A DNA stretch of 64,000 nucleotides, taken from assembly GCA_029260755.1 (NCBI GenBank), contig JAJDCQ010000115.1:24929-88928 (forward strand), read 5' to 3'. How positions within the stretch are numbered: the stretch's first letter is position 1; each line of letters begins with the position of its first letter. A model generated the notes under the pieces. It ran no database searches. It worked only from the letters and a program-made list of their open reading frames with translations, and was not told where the DNA came from. The position numbers and the translations under genes are program-made. Positions 52,850 through 63,018 of this stretch are shown piece after piece. This DNA is from Planctomycetota bacterium. GTDB lineage: Bacteria; Planctomycetota; J058; JAJDCQ01.

Positions 52850-55495
52850 CTAGTCGAGATCTCGCGCCTTGCGGAGGAGGACGTTGAGCTCGCCCTGCCC
52901 CTCGGACTCGAGACCGACCCTCTGGATGAGCGCCGTGCGCTGGTCCTCGCTCGGCTCGCCGGCCACGCCGGCGTTCGCGAACGTGAGATCGACCAGCCGT
53001 CCGACGAGCTCGCCGTAGACGCCGTAGGCACCGTCGAGGACGGCGCGCTCCTCGTCGGTCAGCGGAACCGACTCGGGCCACTCGATCGGCGGGGGCGGCT
53101 CGATGAAGGCGGCCTCGCCCATCTCGAAGGGATCATCGGGCTCCGCCCGCGGCGCCTCGAGCGGGGCGAACCCGGGCGGCAGCTCCGAGGTCGGCTCGGC
53201 GCGCGGTGCGAAGCCCGGCGCGAGCTCCTCCTCGGCGGCCGGAGCCGCCCGGGCTTCGAGCGGAACCGGGGCTCCGAAGGGCGAAGGCGCCGACGGGGCC
53301 ACCGGCGGCGCCTCGGCGGCCGGCGGCTCGAGCGGCGCGGGCGCGCCGAAGGGCGAGGGCTCCGACGGCGCGACGGGCGGCGCCTCGGCCGCGGGGGCCT
53401 CGGGCGGCGGGGCGCTCGCCGCGCCGACCGGACCGGCATCGAACGCGAACTCGCCGAGCTGCGGCTCGAGCGCGCCGGTCTCCGGTGCGGACTCGGGAGC
53501 CGGCTCTGCGGCGGGCATGTCCGCCTGGAAGTTCCCCACCCGCGACGGCGTCAAGTCCGCCGGAAGGATCGGCTCGGCGATGTCGTAGCCGAAGGGGCTC
53601 GGCGCGGCCGGGGCGACGCCGGGGGGCGGCGGCGCGCCGGGAGCGCCCACGGCGGGCGCCGCCGGACCGCCGAGCTCGAGCGGCACGTCGAGGTTGAAAT
53701 CTCCGTCGAAGCCGCCGCCGAGGTCGCCGAGGTCGAGCCCCTCGAGCCCGAAGCCATCGCCGCCTGCGGGCGCGCCGGCCGGCGCCCCGAACGGCGGCGC
53801 TCCTCCCGGCGGAGGCCCGAAGCCCTGCGGCGGCGCTCCGAAGGGATCCGGGGCCGGCGCGCCGTAGGGATCGGCAGGCGGTGCGCCGTGAGGATCCGCC
53901 GGCGGGGCGGCGTAGGGAGCGCCGGGCGGAGCAGCGCCGTAGGGATCGGGCGGCGCCCCGAAGGGGTCGGCCGGGAGTCCGTACGGATCCGCCGGAGGAG
54001 GAGCGCCGTGCGGAGGAGCGCCATACGGATCAGCCGGCGGCGCGCCGTACGGATCCCCGTAGGGGTTCGGCGGAGCGCCATACGGATCCGCCGGCGGGGC
54101 GCCATACGCGTGCGCGGGGGGCGCGCCGTACGGGTCGGCCGGCGCCCCGTAAGGATTCGGCGGAGCTCCGTACGGGTCCGCCGGCGGCGCTCCGTACGGA
54201 TCCGCGGCCGGCGGCGCACCGAACGGAGAGGGCGCGGGAGGGGGCGAAGGGAACGGCGCCGCTCCGAAGCCTCCGAAGTCGCCCGGGGACGACGCGGGGC
54301 TGGCGAAGTCTCCCGGCGAGCTGGTCGGAGGAGGCGCGAAGCCGCCCGCCCCGAATCCCGGCGGGCCCGCCGGCGGGCCCGCGGCGGCGAACCCCGGCGG
54401 CGCGGCCGGCGCGAAGCCGGGCGGGGCGGATCCTGCCGAGGGCGGGAATCCAGCGCCGGGCGCCGGCTCGCTCGGTTTGCCTCGCTCCTCGAGGAGCTCG
54501 GCCGGAAGGGGCGCCTCGATCGACTGCTGCATGTAGAGCTGCGCGAGCTTGGCGTCGCTGGTGAACGGATCCTCGTCCGAGACGGCCTCGGGCGGGGCGC
54601 TGAACGAGGGGCCCGGTCCTCCGCCCGCGGGCGGGAACGCGCTGGGGTTGGCCGGGAAGCCGCCCGACGATGGATCGAACGGGAGCGGCTGGGCCATCGG
54701 CGCCTGCGCGAACGGATTGCCGGCCGCGTTCGGATCGGCCGGAAACGCGGCCGCGGCCTGATCGAGCGGGTTCACGCCCGGCGCCGGCGAGAGCGGAAAG
54801 CCGCCGCCCGGATCCGGCGCGTACTGACCGGCGGGCGCGTCGAACGGCATCGCCCCGAAGTCGGCGGGACCGCCGCCCGGAGCGCCGGGGGCGCCGGGAG
54901 GAAATGGAGCACCGAACCCGGGTGAGGCCGGGTAGCCGGGAGCGGGGGGCGGGGCGCCGTAGGCGCCGGGCGGCGGCGGCGCCGGCACCGTCGCGAACGG
55001 ATCCTGATCCGCTCCGGGCGCGGGACCGGGAACGGTCTGGAACGGGTCGTTCGCGCCCGGACCGGGGGCGAAGGGATCGCCCGAGGCGAACGGATCGCCG
55101 GCGGCGAACGGCGCACCGGGCGGGGGAGCCGGGGGGATCGGCGGCGCGACCGGACCGGCGAGGTGACTCATCACGTCGTCGAGGGCGCGCGTCGCGTCGG
55201 GAACCGCGGCGGGCCGGACGAAGCCCTGCGGCCATCCGACCTGGGGACCTTCGCCGAGGAGACCCTTCGGAAACGGGTCGCCGGGTCGGAGGCTCGCCAT
55301 CTCCCGGCCGAGCGACTCGAGGCTCGCGCTGTCGCCTCGGGCGCGCGCGATCTGTGCCTCGACGTAGAGCGCGCCGAAGAGCTCCTCGGTCTTTCCGCGC
55401 TGACGACACGCATCGGCGACCTGATGCGCCTTCTCGAAGAGCCCGTCGATTCCTTCAGCGGTCGGATCGATGATCTCGAGGAGCCCGAGGGTCAT
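52850..55495 (-). CDS. Proline/glycine-rich protein with >20 tandem DPYGAPP(A) repeats between a structured N-terminal and a structured C-terminal domain
   Basis: ~880 aa. N-terminal ~120 aa (MTLGLLEIIDPTAEGIDGLFEKAHQVADACRQRG…). A central P/G/A/D/Y low-complexity region with (A)DPYGAPP(N/A) repeats is encoded by 24-nt tandem units at ~53820-54220. The ordered C-terminal domain is …RAVLDGAYGVYGELVGRLVDLTFANAG…. Confidence 0.55.
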   Translation of the reverse strand: MTLGLLEIIDPTAEGIDGLFEKAHQVADACRQRGKTEELFGALYVEAQIARARGDSASLESLGREMASLRPGDPFPKGLLGEGPQVGWPQGFVRPAAVPDATRALDDVMSHLAGPVAPPIPPAPPPGAPFAAGDPFASGDPFAPGPGANDPFQTVPGPAPGADQDPFATVPAPPPPGAYGAPPPAPGYPASPGFGAPFPPGAPGAPGGGPADFGAMPFDAPAGQYAPDPGGGFPLSPAPGVNPLDQAAAAFPADPNAAGNPFAQAPMAQPLPFDPSSGGFPANPSAFPPAGGGPGPSFSAPPEAVSDEDPFTSDAKLAQLYMQQSIEAPLPAELLEERGKPSEPAPGAGFPPSAGSAPPGFAPAAPPGFAAAGPPAGPPGFGAGGFAPPPTSSPGDFASPASSPGDFGGFGAAPFPSPPPAPSPFGAPPAADPYGAPPADPYGAPPNPYGAPADPYGAPPAHAYGAPPADPYGAPPNPYGDPYGAPPADPYGAPPHGAPPPADPYGLPADPFGAPPDPYGAAPPGAPYAAPPADPHGAPPADPYGAPAPDPFGAPPQGFGPPPGGAPPFGAPAGAPAGGDGFGLEGLDLGDLGGGFDGDFNLDVPLELGGPAAPAVGAPGAPPPPGVAPAAPSPFGYDIAEPILPADLTPSRVGNFQADMPAAEPAPESAPETGALEPQLGEFAFDAGPVGAASAPPPEAPAAEAPPVAPSEPSPFGAPAPLEPPAAEAPPVAPSAPSPFGAPVPLEARAAPAAEEELAPGFAPRAEPTSELPPGFAPLEAPRAEPDDPFEMGEAAFIEPPPPIEWPESVPLTDEERAVLDGAYGVYGELVGRLVDLTFANAGVAGEPSEDQRTALIQRVGLESEGQGELNVLLRKARDLD

Positions 55496-55615
55496 GCGGC
55501 CACCATCTCCGTCTCTGCGGGTTGTCCGAAAAAAGGGTCGTGACGAACCAGGTTCGAAGGCCAGCGTACCCGTCGTCGAGGGGGCTCGCAACCGACCCCG
55601 GAGGTGGGAAGACGC

Positions 55616-58465
55616 TCACCGGGAGGGGAGACGCCGGCGCACCTCGATCCGGCGAATCAGATAGCTCGTCCGCGGCCGCCCGCCCGACTCGGGCTCGATC
55701 CGGAGCCGGTTCTCGCCGGGCTCGACGAGGTCGGTCACATCGAATGCGTCGGCGCGGAACGCGCGGGTGAGCGGGGAGAGCTCGCGGACGACGACCTGAC
55801 CGTTGACGCGGAGGGTGATCGGGGCGTAGCCGATGTAGCGACGATCGCGCCAGACGTAGCGCCCGGTCGCGTGGGTGAGGACCAGGCTCACGCGTTCGGC
55901 GTCTTCCTCGACGGTGAAGGAGGCCTCGATCGCGTGGCCGGGCTCGACGAGGGCGCGCGAGCCGTCGGTCTGATTCGACCACGCTCCGTCGAGATCATCC
56001 TCGGACCGATCGATGTGGGTCGCGGCGAGGCGGGCGCCCGGGGCGGGCGTGACGTCGCGCGGGTCGCCGACCCGCCAGAACGTGAGGGCGCGGATCATCG
56101 TCGCGGGCGCCGGCCTCACCTCGAGGGAGATGCCGCGGAGCGACGCCCACTTGAACGCCCTGGTGAAGTCGTAGCCGTCGGGCACCCAGCTCTCGGTCGT
56201 CCGCGCGTAGGCGGCCTGGAGGGTGTAGAGACCGCCCGCCTCCGTCGAGCACCGGAGTCGAACGAGGAGATCCTGCCCGGCGAAGCCCGACCCCGTCGCA
56301 TCCCAGAGGGTCGCGCGGTCGCGCTGGCCGGGGCGCCCTCCCTGGAACGCGTCGGCGCGCTCGATGACCGAGCCGCCCTGCCGCACGGTCGTCTCGGCGC
56401 GCGCCCGATCCTCACCGGCGTCGAGGAGGAGGTCGACCATCGACCAGTCTCCGACGTCCCGGAGGACGAGCCCGACCTCGCCGGCGACGAAGCGGTCGCG
56501 CCAGGAAGGATCGAGGTCGGCGCGGAGGCCGATCCCCTCGCCGCGGACGACGCGCCACGCTCCGTCCTCGGGCGTCGGCGCGAGGGCCCAAGCGACGAGC
56601 GGATCGCCGGCATCGACGCGGAGAGCGCCGTGCCCCACGAGCGCGGCGAGCGCGGCGCCGACCGCGTCGATGACGGCCTCGACCCGACGGGCGAGCGGCT
56701 CGGAGACGACCGCGCTCCGATCCTCGAGACCGGCGCGGAGCCGGGTCGCCCGCTCCTCGAGGTCGCGCCCGCGCCGGAGCTGCCGCCGGAACGCCTCGTC
56801 GACCGCCCGGCCGTCGATCGTCACCGGGTCCGCGCCGAGGAGCGCTCCGATCAGTCTCCGCGCGTCGAGGGCGAGCTCGAGGAGCGCGACGGCGTCCTCG
56901 CCGAGCACGTTCGTCGTGCTCGTCCGCTCGAGGGCGCGGCGCGCCTCATCGGGGCGTCCCGTGACGCAGCTCTCGATCGCCCGGTCGACCTCGACCGCGA
57001 TCGCGAGGATCGGCGCGTGCTCCACGGCGCCGCGTTCGATCGCGAGCTCTCGGGCTCGGCGCCCGGCGTCGGCGTCGCCCGCGGCGGCGCGCTCCAGGGC
57101 CAGCCACGCGAGGAGGTCGCGCGCCAGGCCTGGCTCGCGACGGGCGAGGCGGGCGTCGAGCTCCTCGGGGCTCGAGGCGCCCAGCGCCGCGAGGGCGCGG
57201 CACCCCTCCGCGAGCCGGCCGCCGCCGGCCAGATCGGCGAGGCGCGTCCGGATGATCGCGAGCTCGTCGGTCTCGGGCGGCGTCGGGTCGATCGGCGCGG
57301 GGCTCACCCCGCTCGCCGGTTGCCGGACCGCGACGAACGCGACGGCGCCGACGACGCAGACGGCCGCGGAGACGGCGATCAGCAGGGCGACCGGGAGCCG
57401 CGCGCCGTCGCGCTCCGGCGTGCGTCTCGAGTCGAGGCGCGCGGACCCCGAGGGGGGCTCGCGTCGCGCGTCCGTCGAGTCGCCGCGCGGAGGCGCGGGC
57501 GCGAACCCAGGCGCGGGTGCGGCCGCGGGGGGCGGAGGCGGCGCGCTCCGGCGGGGCGGGGCGAGCAGGGTCGAGGGGTCCTCGGCGACGATCGCCCGCT
57601 CGATCGCGTCGGCGAGCGCGATGGCGGAGGGCGGTCGCTCCGAGGGGTCCTTGGCGAGGGCCCAGAGGCAGGCGGCGTCGAGAGCGTCGGCGACCCGGTC
57701 GCCGAGGTGCTCCCGCGCGCCCAGGTTCGAGCATCGGCTCGGCGGGTCGGGGACGTGGGTGATGATCGTCGCGATGAGGCGCGCGGCGCTCGCCCCCGCG
57801 AACGGGGAGGTGCCCGCGATGGCGTAGTAGAGCGTGGCGCCGAGGCCGTAGACGTCGCTCGCGACGGTCGCGACGCTGGCGCCGTCGATCTGCTCGGGGC
57901 CCATGTACTCGAGGGTGCCGATGGCCATTCCGGTCCGGGTGAGCTCCTCGACGACCGCGCGATCGACGACCTTCCCGAGGCCGAAGTCGAGGAGGCGGGC
58001 GCGACCGGCCTGATCGATGAGGACGTTCGCCGGCTTGAGGTCGCGGTGGAGGATGCCGTGGCCATGGGCGTGGTGGAGCGCGCGCGCGGCCGCGGCGACG
58101 GCGGCGGCGTGGGCGCGGACCGACGGCCCGCCGAGGCGCGGGACCCGGCTCTGGAGGGACTCGCCCGCGACGAGGTCCATGACGAGATAGAAGCGGCCGT
58201 CGCCGGTGGCGCCGACGTCGAGGACCGGGACGATGCCCGGGTCGTCGAGGCGAGCGAGGAGGAGCGCCTCGCGCCGGAGCCGGTCCTCGAGGGAGGGATC
58301 GGAGTTCCGGACGACCGTCTTGATGGCGTAGACGCGGCCGCTCGGCTCGTGGCGGGCGCGGTAGACGATCCCCATCCCGCCGCGGCCGAGGATGCCCTCG
58401 ATCACGTAGGCGCCGAGGCGCCCCCCGACCGTGTCGGCCCCGTCGTCGAGGTGAGTGTCGGACAA
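55616..58465 (-). CDS. Serine/threonine protein kinase with TM helix and large extracytoplasmic C-terminal domain
   Basis: Hanks kinase motifs GILGRGGMGIVYRA, AIK, HRDLKPANVLI, DFGLGK. One TM helix (LPVALLIAVSAAVCVVGAVAFVAV) and a ~550-aa C-terminal domain shared with the paralogue at 60021. Confidence 0.8.
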   Translation of the reverse strand: MSDTHLDDGADTVGGRLGAYVIEGILGRGGMGIVYRARHEPSGRVYAIKTVVRNSDPSLEDRLRREALLLARLDDPGIVPVLDVGATGDGRFYLVMDLVAGESLQSRVPRLGGPSVRAHAAAVAAAARALHHAHGHGILHRDLKPANVLIDQAGRARLLDFGLGKVVDRAVVEELTRTGMAIGTLEYMGPEQIDGASVATVASDVYGLGATLYYAIAGTSPFAGASAARLIATIITHVPDPPSRCSNLGAREHLGDRVADALDAACLWALAKDPSERPPSAIALADAIERAIVAEDPSTLLAPPRRSAPPPPPAAAPAPGFAPAPPRGDSTDARREPPSGSARLDSRRTPERDGARLPVALLIAVSAAVCVVGAVAFVAVRQPASGVSPAPIDPTPPETDELAIIRTRLADLAGGGRLAEGCRALAALGASSPEELDARLARREPGLARDLLAWLALERAAAGDADAGRRARELAIERGAVEHAPILAIAVEVDRAIESCVTGRPDEARRALERTSTTNVLGEDAVALLELALDARRLIGALLGADPVTIDGRAVDEAFRRQLRRGRDLEERATRLRAGLEDRSAVVSEPLARRVEAVIDAVGAALAALVGHGALRVDAGDPLVAWALAPTPEDGAWRVVRGEGIGLRADLDPSWRDRFVAGEVGLVLRDVGDWSMVDLLLDAGEDRARAETTVRQGGSVIERADAFQGGRPGQRDRATLWDATGSGFAGQDLLVRLRCSTEAGGLYTLQAAYARTTESWVPDGYDFTRAFKWASLRGISLEVRPAPATMIRALTFWRVGDPRDVTPAPGARLAATHIDRSEDDLDGAWSNQTDGSRALVEPGHAIEASFTVEEDAERVSLVLTHATGRYVWRDRRYIGYAPITLRVNGQVVVRELSPLTRAFRADAFDVTDLVEPGENRLRIEPESGGRPRTSYLIRRIEVRRRLPSR

Positions 58466-58560
58466 CGACGCGCTCTCCGCCGGCCGAATCGACGGCCGGG
58501 CCCGCCGGGACCCAGCCGTCGACGAGGTTAGTGGCGGAGGTGGCCCGATTCCAGCCCGGG

Positions 58561-58800
58561 TTAGAGGTTCGGCGAGTACTTGTTGTAGAAGTAGCGGTCG
58601 GGGTTGGTCGGGTCACCGTCGTAGGCGAGCGCCTCGACCTCGAGGGAGCGGACCCGGCCGGGGCCGCCGGCGGGGAGGGTCTCGAGGAAGGAGAGGATGA
58701 GCCTCTCGGTCTCGCGGACGAGCGCCTCGGCCTGGCCGTCGTCGTCGTCGGGGTTGGGGATCGCGAGCTCGAAGCTGCCGAGCACCCTGAGCCTGGTCAT
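58561..58800 (-). CDS. Small hypothetical protein (79 aa)
   Basis: MTRLRVLGSFELAIPNPDDDDGQAEALVRETERLILSFLETLPAGG…YFYNKYSPNL is protein-like; the upstream part of the listed ORF is low-complexity. Confidence 0.35.
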   Translation of the reverse strand: MTRLRVLGSFELAIPNPDDDDGQAEALVRETERLILSFLETLPAGGPGRVRSLEVEALAYDGDPTNPDRYFYNKYSPNL

Positions 58801-58924
58801 CGCCTTCGCCTCCCGGGGTCGCGGTCGTGGGGAGGGTCGGTGCGGGGATCCCTCCCCCGCGCCCCTCTCCCACTTCCCTTTATCGCCCGGGGAACGTGGA
58901 GACTTGAGCGGGCGACCCGATCGC

Positions 58925-59341
58925 TCAGCGGAGGCCGTAGTCGACGAGCTCGTCGCGCTGACGGCTGAACTCCCGGTCGAAGAGCTCATGGGCCGAGGGA
59001 ACGCCGATCGGCTGGGCGTCGCATCCCCCTTCGGCGCGCGGGACGACGAGGAAGAGCCGCGGCGCCGCCTCGTGCGGCCAGCGGATCAGCGCCATCGCCT
59101 CCCGGAGATCCTCTCGCCGGCAGAAGAGCCGGGCGAGCGCCTCGGCGCCGGGGATGGCCGGGCCGGAGACGGCGACGAGCGCTTCCTCGAGGAAGCCCTC
59201 GCCCGATTCGCAGAGGCCGAAGGCCTGGACGGCGGCGCCCGCGGCGGCGGGGCGCGCCGCACGCGTCTGGAAGCGCCGGGCTCGCGCCGGCTCGAGGAGG
59301 GCGACCTCCGAGGTCGCGCGAGGGTCGGTTAGGTCTTTCAT
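58925..59341 (-). CDS. Hypothetical protein (138 aa)
   Basis: The internal Met MKDLTDPRATSEVALLEP… begins a protein-like segment (…RLFLVVPRAEGGCDAQPIGVPSAHELFDREF…). No recognisable domain. Confidence 0.35.
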   Translation of the reverse strand: MKDLTDPRATSEVALLEPARARRFQTRAARPAAAGAAVQAFGLCESGEGFLEEALVAVSGPAIPGAEALARLFCRREDLREAMALIRWPHEAAPRLFLVVPRAEGGCDAQPIGVPSAHELFDREFSRQRDELVDYGLR

Positions 59342-59495
59342 CGGGATCTCTCTTCGCGCAGGCGTTCCCTTCCCTCCTTCCGTTGTGCGGCCCGGCCCCG
59401 GTGTCTTTACCCTTTTCTCCGCCTTGCTAGCATTTCGTCGCCTCGACCGGCCCCGACCGGGCCCGACGGGGCCCAACCTCCCTGGAGAGAGTCCG

Positions 59496-60014
59496 ATGAG
59501 CTCGAGCGTCCCCGACCAGCACAAGGCCCACGCGCCCGCGGCGACCGAGATCGCGTGCGCCCTCCTGACGGTGAGCGACAGCAAGACGGCCGAGACCGAC
59601 CGGAGCGGCGACCAGGCGGCCGGTCACCTCCGCGACGCCGGCTTCGCGGTCGCGAGCCGCGCGATCGTGAAGGACGATCCGCCCTTGATCGAGGCGGCGA
59701 TCACCGGCGCGCTCGACCGCGAAGAGGTCCGCGCCGTCATCACGAGCGGCGGCACCGGCCTCACGAGCCGCGACTCGACCTACGAGGTCGTCACGGGGCT
59801 GCTCGACAAGGAGCTGACCGGCTTCGGCGAGCTCTTCCGCTGGCTCAGCTACGAGGACATCGGCGCGGCGGCGATGATGAGCCGCGCCACGGCGGGGTCG
59901 CGCGGCCGCAAGGTCATCATCGCGCTGCCGGGGTCGCCGAACGCGGTCGACCTGGCGATGACGAAGCTGGTCGTGCCGGAGCTGCGGCACCTGATCGAGC
60001 AGGTGTCGCGGTGA
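59496..60014 (+). CDS. moaB: Molybdenum cofactor biosynthesis protein B (MoaB/MogA family)
   Basis: CALLTVSD…VITSGGTGLTSRD…GSP motifs of the MoaB/MogA fold. ATG is preceded by ggagaga. Confidence 0.75.
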   Translation: MSSSVPDQHKAHAPAATEIACALLTVSDSKTAETDRSGDQAAGHLRDAGFAVASRAIVKDDPPLIEAAITGALDREEVRAVITSGGTGLTSRDSTYEVVTGLLDKELTGFGELFRWLSYEDIGAAAMMSRATAGSRGRKVIIALPGSPNAVDLAMTKLVVPELRHLIEQVSR

Positions 60015-60020
60015 GGCGAC

Positions 60021-62900
60021 CTACCAGCGAATCTCGACGCCGTAGAACCAGTACCCGTGAGTGGCCTGGGCATCAGCGGCGACCTCGAGACGGAACGAGT
60101 TCGTCCCCGGGCGCACGAGGTCGGTGATCTCGAAGAAGCCCGAGCTCGTTCCGGCGTCTCCGTTCGGCGAGAACGTCGAGGCGACCTCGACGCCGTTCAC
60201 CGACGCCGTCACCGGGGCGTAGGAGGGCATCCGGCCGCCGAGCGCGGCGAGATGCTTGAGGACGAGACAGACCGGCCCCCGGCCCGGGGGCCCCTCGAAC
60301 TCGAACTCGATGAGCGTGCCTTCGGGACCGAAGGCGAGGGCGTTGTCGCGTGGCCAGGCGTGTGGGGCCAGCCGGACCGCGTCGCGGTCGATGCAGCCGG
60401 TGACCTTCAGCCCCGGCTTCGCGAAGGTGACGGCGCCGCCACCGCTCGACTCGCTCCCGAGGAACGCGTCGACGCCGGGCCAGGGATTCTTCGCCCGCCT
60501 CAAGACGATCTCACGAACGAGGGTCTTCGGCGCGGGGAGGACGCGAAGATCGCCCCGCTCCAGCTCGGGCCATGAGGCGACGGCGTAGAGCGCCTTCGGC
60601 GAAACGACGGCGACGCCGCGCTCGGGCCACGCCCGCGCAACGAGATCCTCGCCGGTCCCCCCCGGCGCCGGGTACCGCGACAGCTCCACCCGTCCGGCCG
60701 TGCCTCGCGGCGCGCTCGAGATCGGGGCGGCGCGCACGAGCACGCCGGCGCCGGCCGCCTCGATGAGCGCCCGGGGATGCTCACCCCCGGAGGACGCGAG
60801 CCGCACCTCGATGGCGACGAACCGCTCCGCGTTCGGCACGACGAGGTCGAGGCTTCCCGACTCGAGCGTGGGGCCGTCGGTCTCGGCGGCGAGGCCGATC
60901 CCGTCGTTCAGTCGCTGCCAGCGAGACGGATCGGCGCCGAACCCGGCGAGGATCAGCCCCGCGTCGTCGATCCCCGAGAGGCGCAGGTCGTGGCTGCCGT
61001 AGAAGCTCTTGGCGTGGCCAAGGACTCGTCGAGCGGCCCTCTCGACGCGCTCCCGGACCGGTCCCGGAGCCTCCGCGATGCCCTTCGTGACGCGGGCGGT
61101 GAGCGCCCGCGCAGCGGTCAGGAGCGTCACCGGATCCTCGGCCAGACGATACACGTCAGCCCCGGCGATCGACCCGGCATCGATGACTCCCACCGGCGGC
61201 GCCTCGCCGCTGATCGTCGCGACGATCAGACCGCGGCCGGCCACGAGAGCGGCGAACGCGTCGTGGACGTCGCTCCCGATCACATCGGTGAGGGACGGCT
61301 CTCCGAGCGCGTCGGCTGCTCGCCTGGGATCGCCGCGCGTCGCCTCGTCGATGAGCGTCAGGTAGGCATTCGCGAGACCGACGATGAGGCTGGCGCGGCC
61401 TTCGGCGCCCGCCGTCGCGGCCGCGACGCGGCCCCCCTCGAGGTCGCCGGCGACGGCGCGCTCCAGCGCGAGCCACGCGAGCAGCGCTCCGCGCATCTTG
61501 GCGGGGCGCTTGCTGCGCGCGTCGATGAGCCGGTCGATTTCGGCGACATCCCGGACGTCGAGGGCGCGGATCGCGTCGAGGCCGGCGGCGAAGTCCCTCT
61601 GCGTGAGCGCCTCCTCGACGGCGTCGTGGGCGCGGTCGGCAGCGTCCGGCGGGGGGGGCCCCGGATCGGGCGGGTCGGGCCGATCGGGTGGGCCGGTCCC
61701 GGCGCCCGAACCGGCGGCGCCCGAGCCTCCGGCGATGTCGGGGCCCGGGTCGGGCGGCTCGCCGCCGCCGCCGATGGCGAGGAGCCCCACCGCAACCAAG
61801 AGGAGCGCGCCGACTCCGATCGCGATGAAGAGGGCCGAGTTCGACTGCTCGGGAAGACGGACCGTCGTCTCGCGCCCGTCGGCGGTCCGGACGACGCGAA
61901 CCCTGCCCGACGATGAGCTCGTCCGAGAGATCTTGCCCGAGCCTCTGCTCACTCGCCGGCGTCCCGTGGTCCGGGTCGCCCGGCGGGCCTCGGCGATCGC
62001 TCGCTCGATCGCGTCGGCGAACGCGGCGGCCGTCTCGTGGCGGTCGTTGGGCTCCTTCGCGAGCGAGGTGAGGCAGACCTCGTCCAGGCGCGCGGCCAGG
62101 CGGTTCGCCTCGCCCCGGTGCTTGCGGATCTCGGAGGGCGGATCGGGCTCGCGGTTGAGGATCCCCGAGATGATGTTCGCCGCGCTCGCGCCCTGAAACG
62201 GCGGCCGCCCCGCGATCACCTCGTAGAGGGACGCCGCGAGCCCGTAGATGTCGGCCGCGCCGGTCAGCTCGCTCGACTCGCCGAGCTGCTCGGGCGCCAT
62301 GTAGGCGAAGGTCCCGATCACCATCCCGGCCGCGGTGAGCGCGTGTCGGTTGGAGTCGGGGTCGCCCGGGGACGTCTCCGAGATCGCCTTCGCGAGGCCG
62401 AAGTCGAGGATCTTCGGCGGCCCCGAGGTCGGAACGAGGATGTTCGCCGGCTTGATGTCGCGATGGAGCACGCCGAGGCCGTGGGCGTGGTTGATCGCCC
62501 GGGCGACCTCGGCGATGAGCCGCGCCCCCGCCGCCACCTCCAGATCACCGCTTCGAGCGAGCGTCTTGAGGTCCTCGCCCTCGACCAGCTCCATGGCGAT
62601 GAACGGCCGTCCATCCGCCATGCGCCCGGTGTCGATGAGCTCGACGACGCTCGGGTGATCGAGCCGGGAGATGACGTTCGCCTCGCGCCGGAGGCGCTTC
62701 TCGAGGCCGGGGTCGCCGGCCTGGAGCAGCATCTTGATCGCCACGCCCTCGTTCGTCCGGGTGTGCCGACCCTGATAGACGACGCCCATCCCGCCGCGGC
62801 CGAGGACGCCCTCGACCGCCCAGGGACCGATCATGGTCCCGGGGGGGAGCTCGTCGCCGCTGCCACTGCTGCTGCCGGTCTTGCGCGTGTCGCCGTGCAT
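60021..62900 (-). CDS. Serine/threonine protein kinase with TM helix and large extracytoplasmic C-terminal domain (paralogue of 55616..58465)
   Basis: GVLGRGGMGVVYQG, AIK, HRDIKPANILV, DFGLAK. TM helix ALFIAIGVGALLLVAVGLLAI. The C-terminal domain shares LLAWLALERAxAGD and a terminal …YAP(I/V)T…VNG…DVTDLV(E/R)PG(E/T)N… region with the other kinase. Confidence 0.8.
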   Translation of the reverse strand: MHGDTRKTGSSSGSGDELPPGTMIGPWAVEGVLGRGGMGVVYQGRHTRTNEGVAIKMLLQAGDPGLEKRLRREANVISRLDHPSVVELIDTGRMADGRPFIAMELVEGEDLKTLARSGDLEVAAGARLIAEVARAINHAHGLGVLHRDIKPANILVPTSGPPKILDFGLAKAISETSPGDPDSNRHALTAAGMVIGTFAYMAPEQLGESSELTGAADIYGLAASLYEVIAGRPPFQGASAANIISGILNREPDPPSEIRKHRGEANRLAARLDEVCLTSLAKEPNDRHETAAAFADAIERAIAEARRATRTTGRRRVSRGSGKISRTSSSSGRVRVVRTADGRETTVRLPEQSNSALFIAIGVGALLLVAVGLLAIGGGGEPPDPGPDIAGGSGAAGSGAGTGPPDRPDPPDPGPPPPDAADRAHDAVEEALTQRDFAAGLDAIRALDVRDVAEIDRLIDARSKRPAKMRGALLAWLALERAVAGDLEGGRVAAATAGAEGRASLIVGLANAYLTLIDEATRGDPRRAADALGEPSLTDVIGSDVHDAFAALVAGRGLIVATISGEAPPVGVIDAGSIAGADVYRLAEDPVTLLTAARALTARVTKGIAEAPGPVRERVERAARRVLGHAKSFYGSHDLRLSGIDDAGLILAGFGADPSRWQRLNDGIGLAAETDGPTLESGSLDLVVPNAERFVAIEVRLASSGGEHPRALIEAAGAGVLVRAAPISSAPRGTAGRVELSRYPAPGGTGEDLVARAWPERGVAVVSPKALYAVASWPELERGDLRVLPAPKTLVREIVLRRAKNPWPGVDAFLGSESSGGGAVTFAKPGLKVTGCIDRDAVRLAPHAWPRDNALAFGPEGTLIEFEFEGPPGRGPVCLVLKHLAALGGRMPSYAPVTASVNGVEVASTFSPNGDAGTSSGFFEITDLVRPGTNSFRLEVAADAQATHGYWFYGVEIRW

Positions 62901-63018
62901 CGTCAGTCAGACTCAGGGTACATGAGCGAGCCCCTCGACGCCGCAACGGCGCAAGGGGCTCGGGTGCGCCCTCGGAGCCGGACGATGATCATCGCCCGTC
63001 GCTCGAGGCTCTCGCCGC

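Noticed and set aside
55604-58531. 975-aa + strand ORF antisense to Ser/Thr kinase 1 (similar cases: 3590..4690 +, 6708..8048 +, 35524..36936 -, 60777..61916 +)
   Set aside because: Low-complexity Arg/Gly/Asp/Glu-rich translations opposite genes with unambiguous kinase, permease or GspL motifs.
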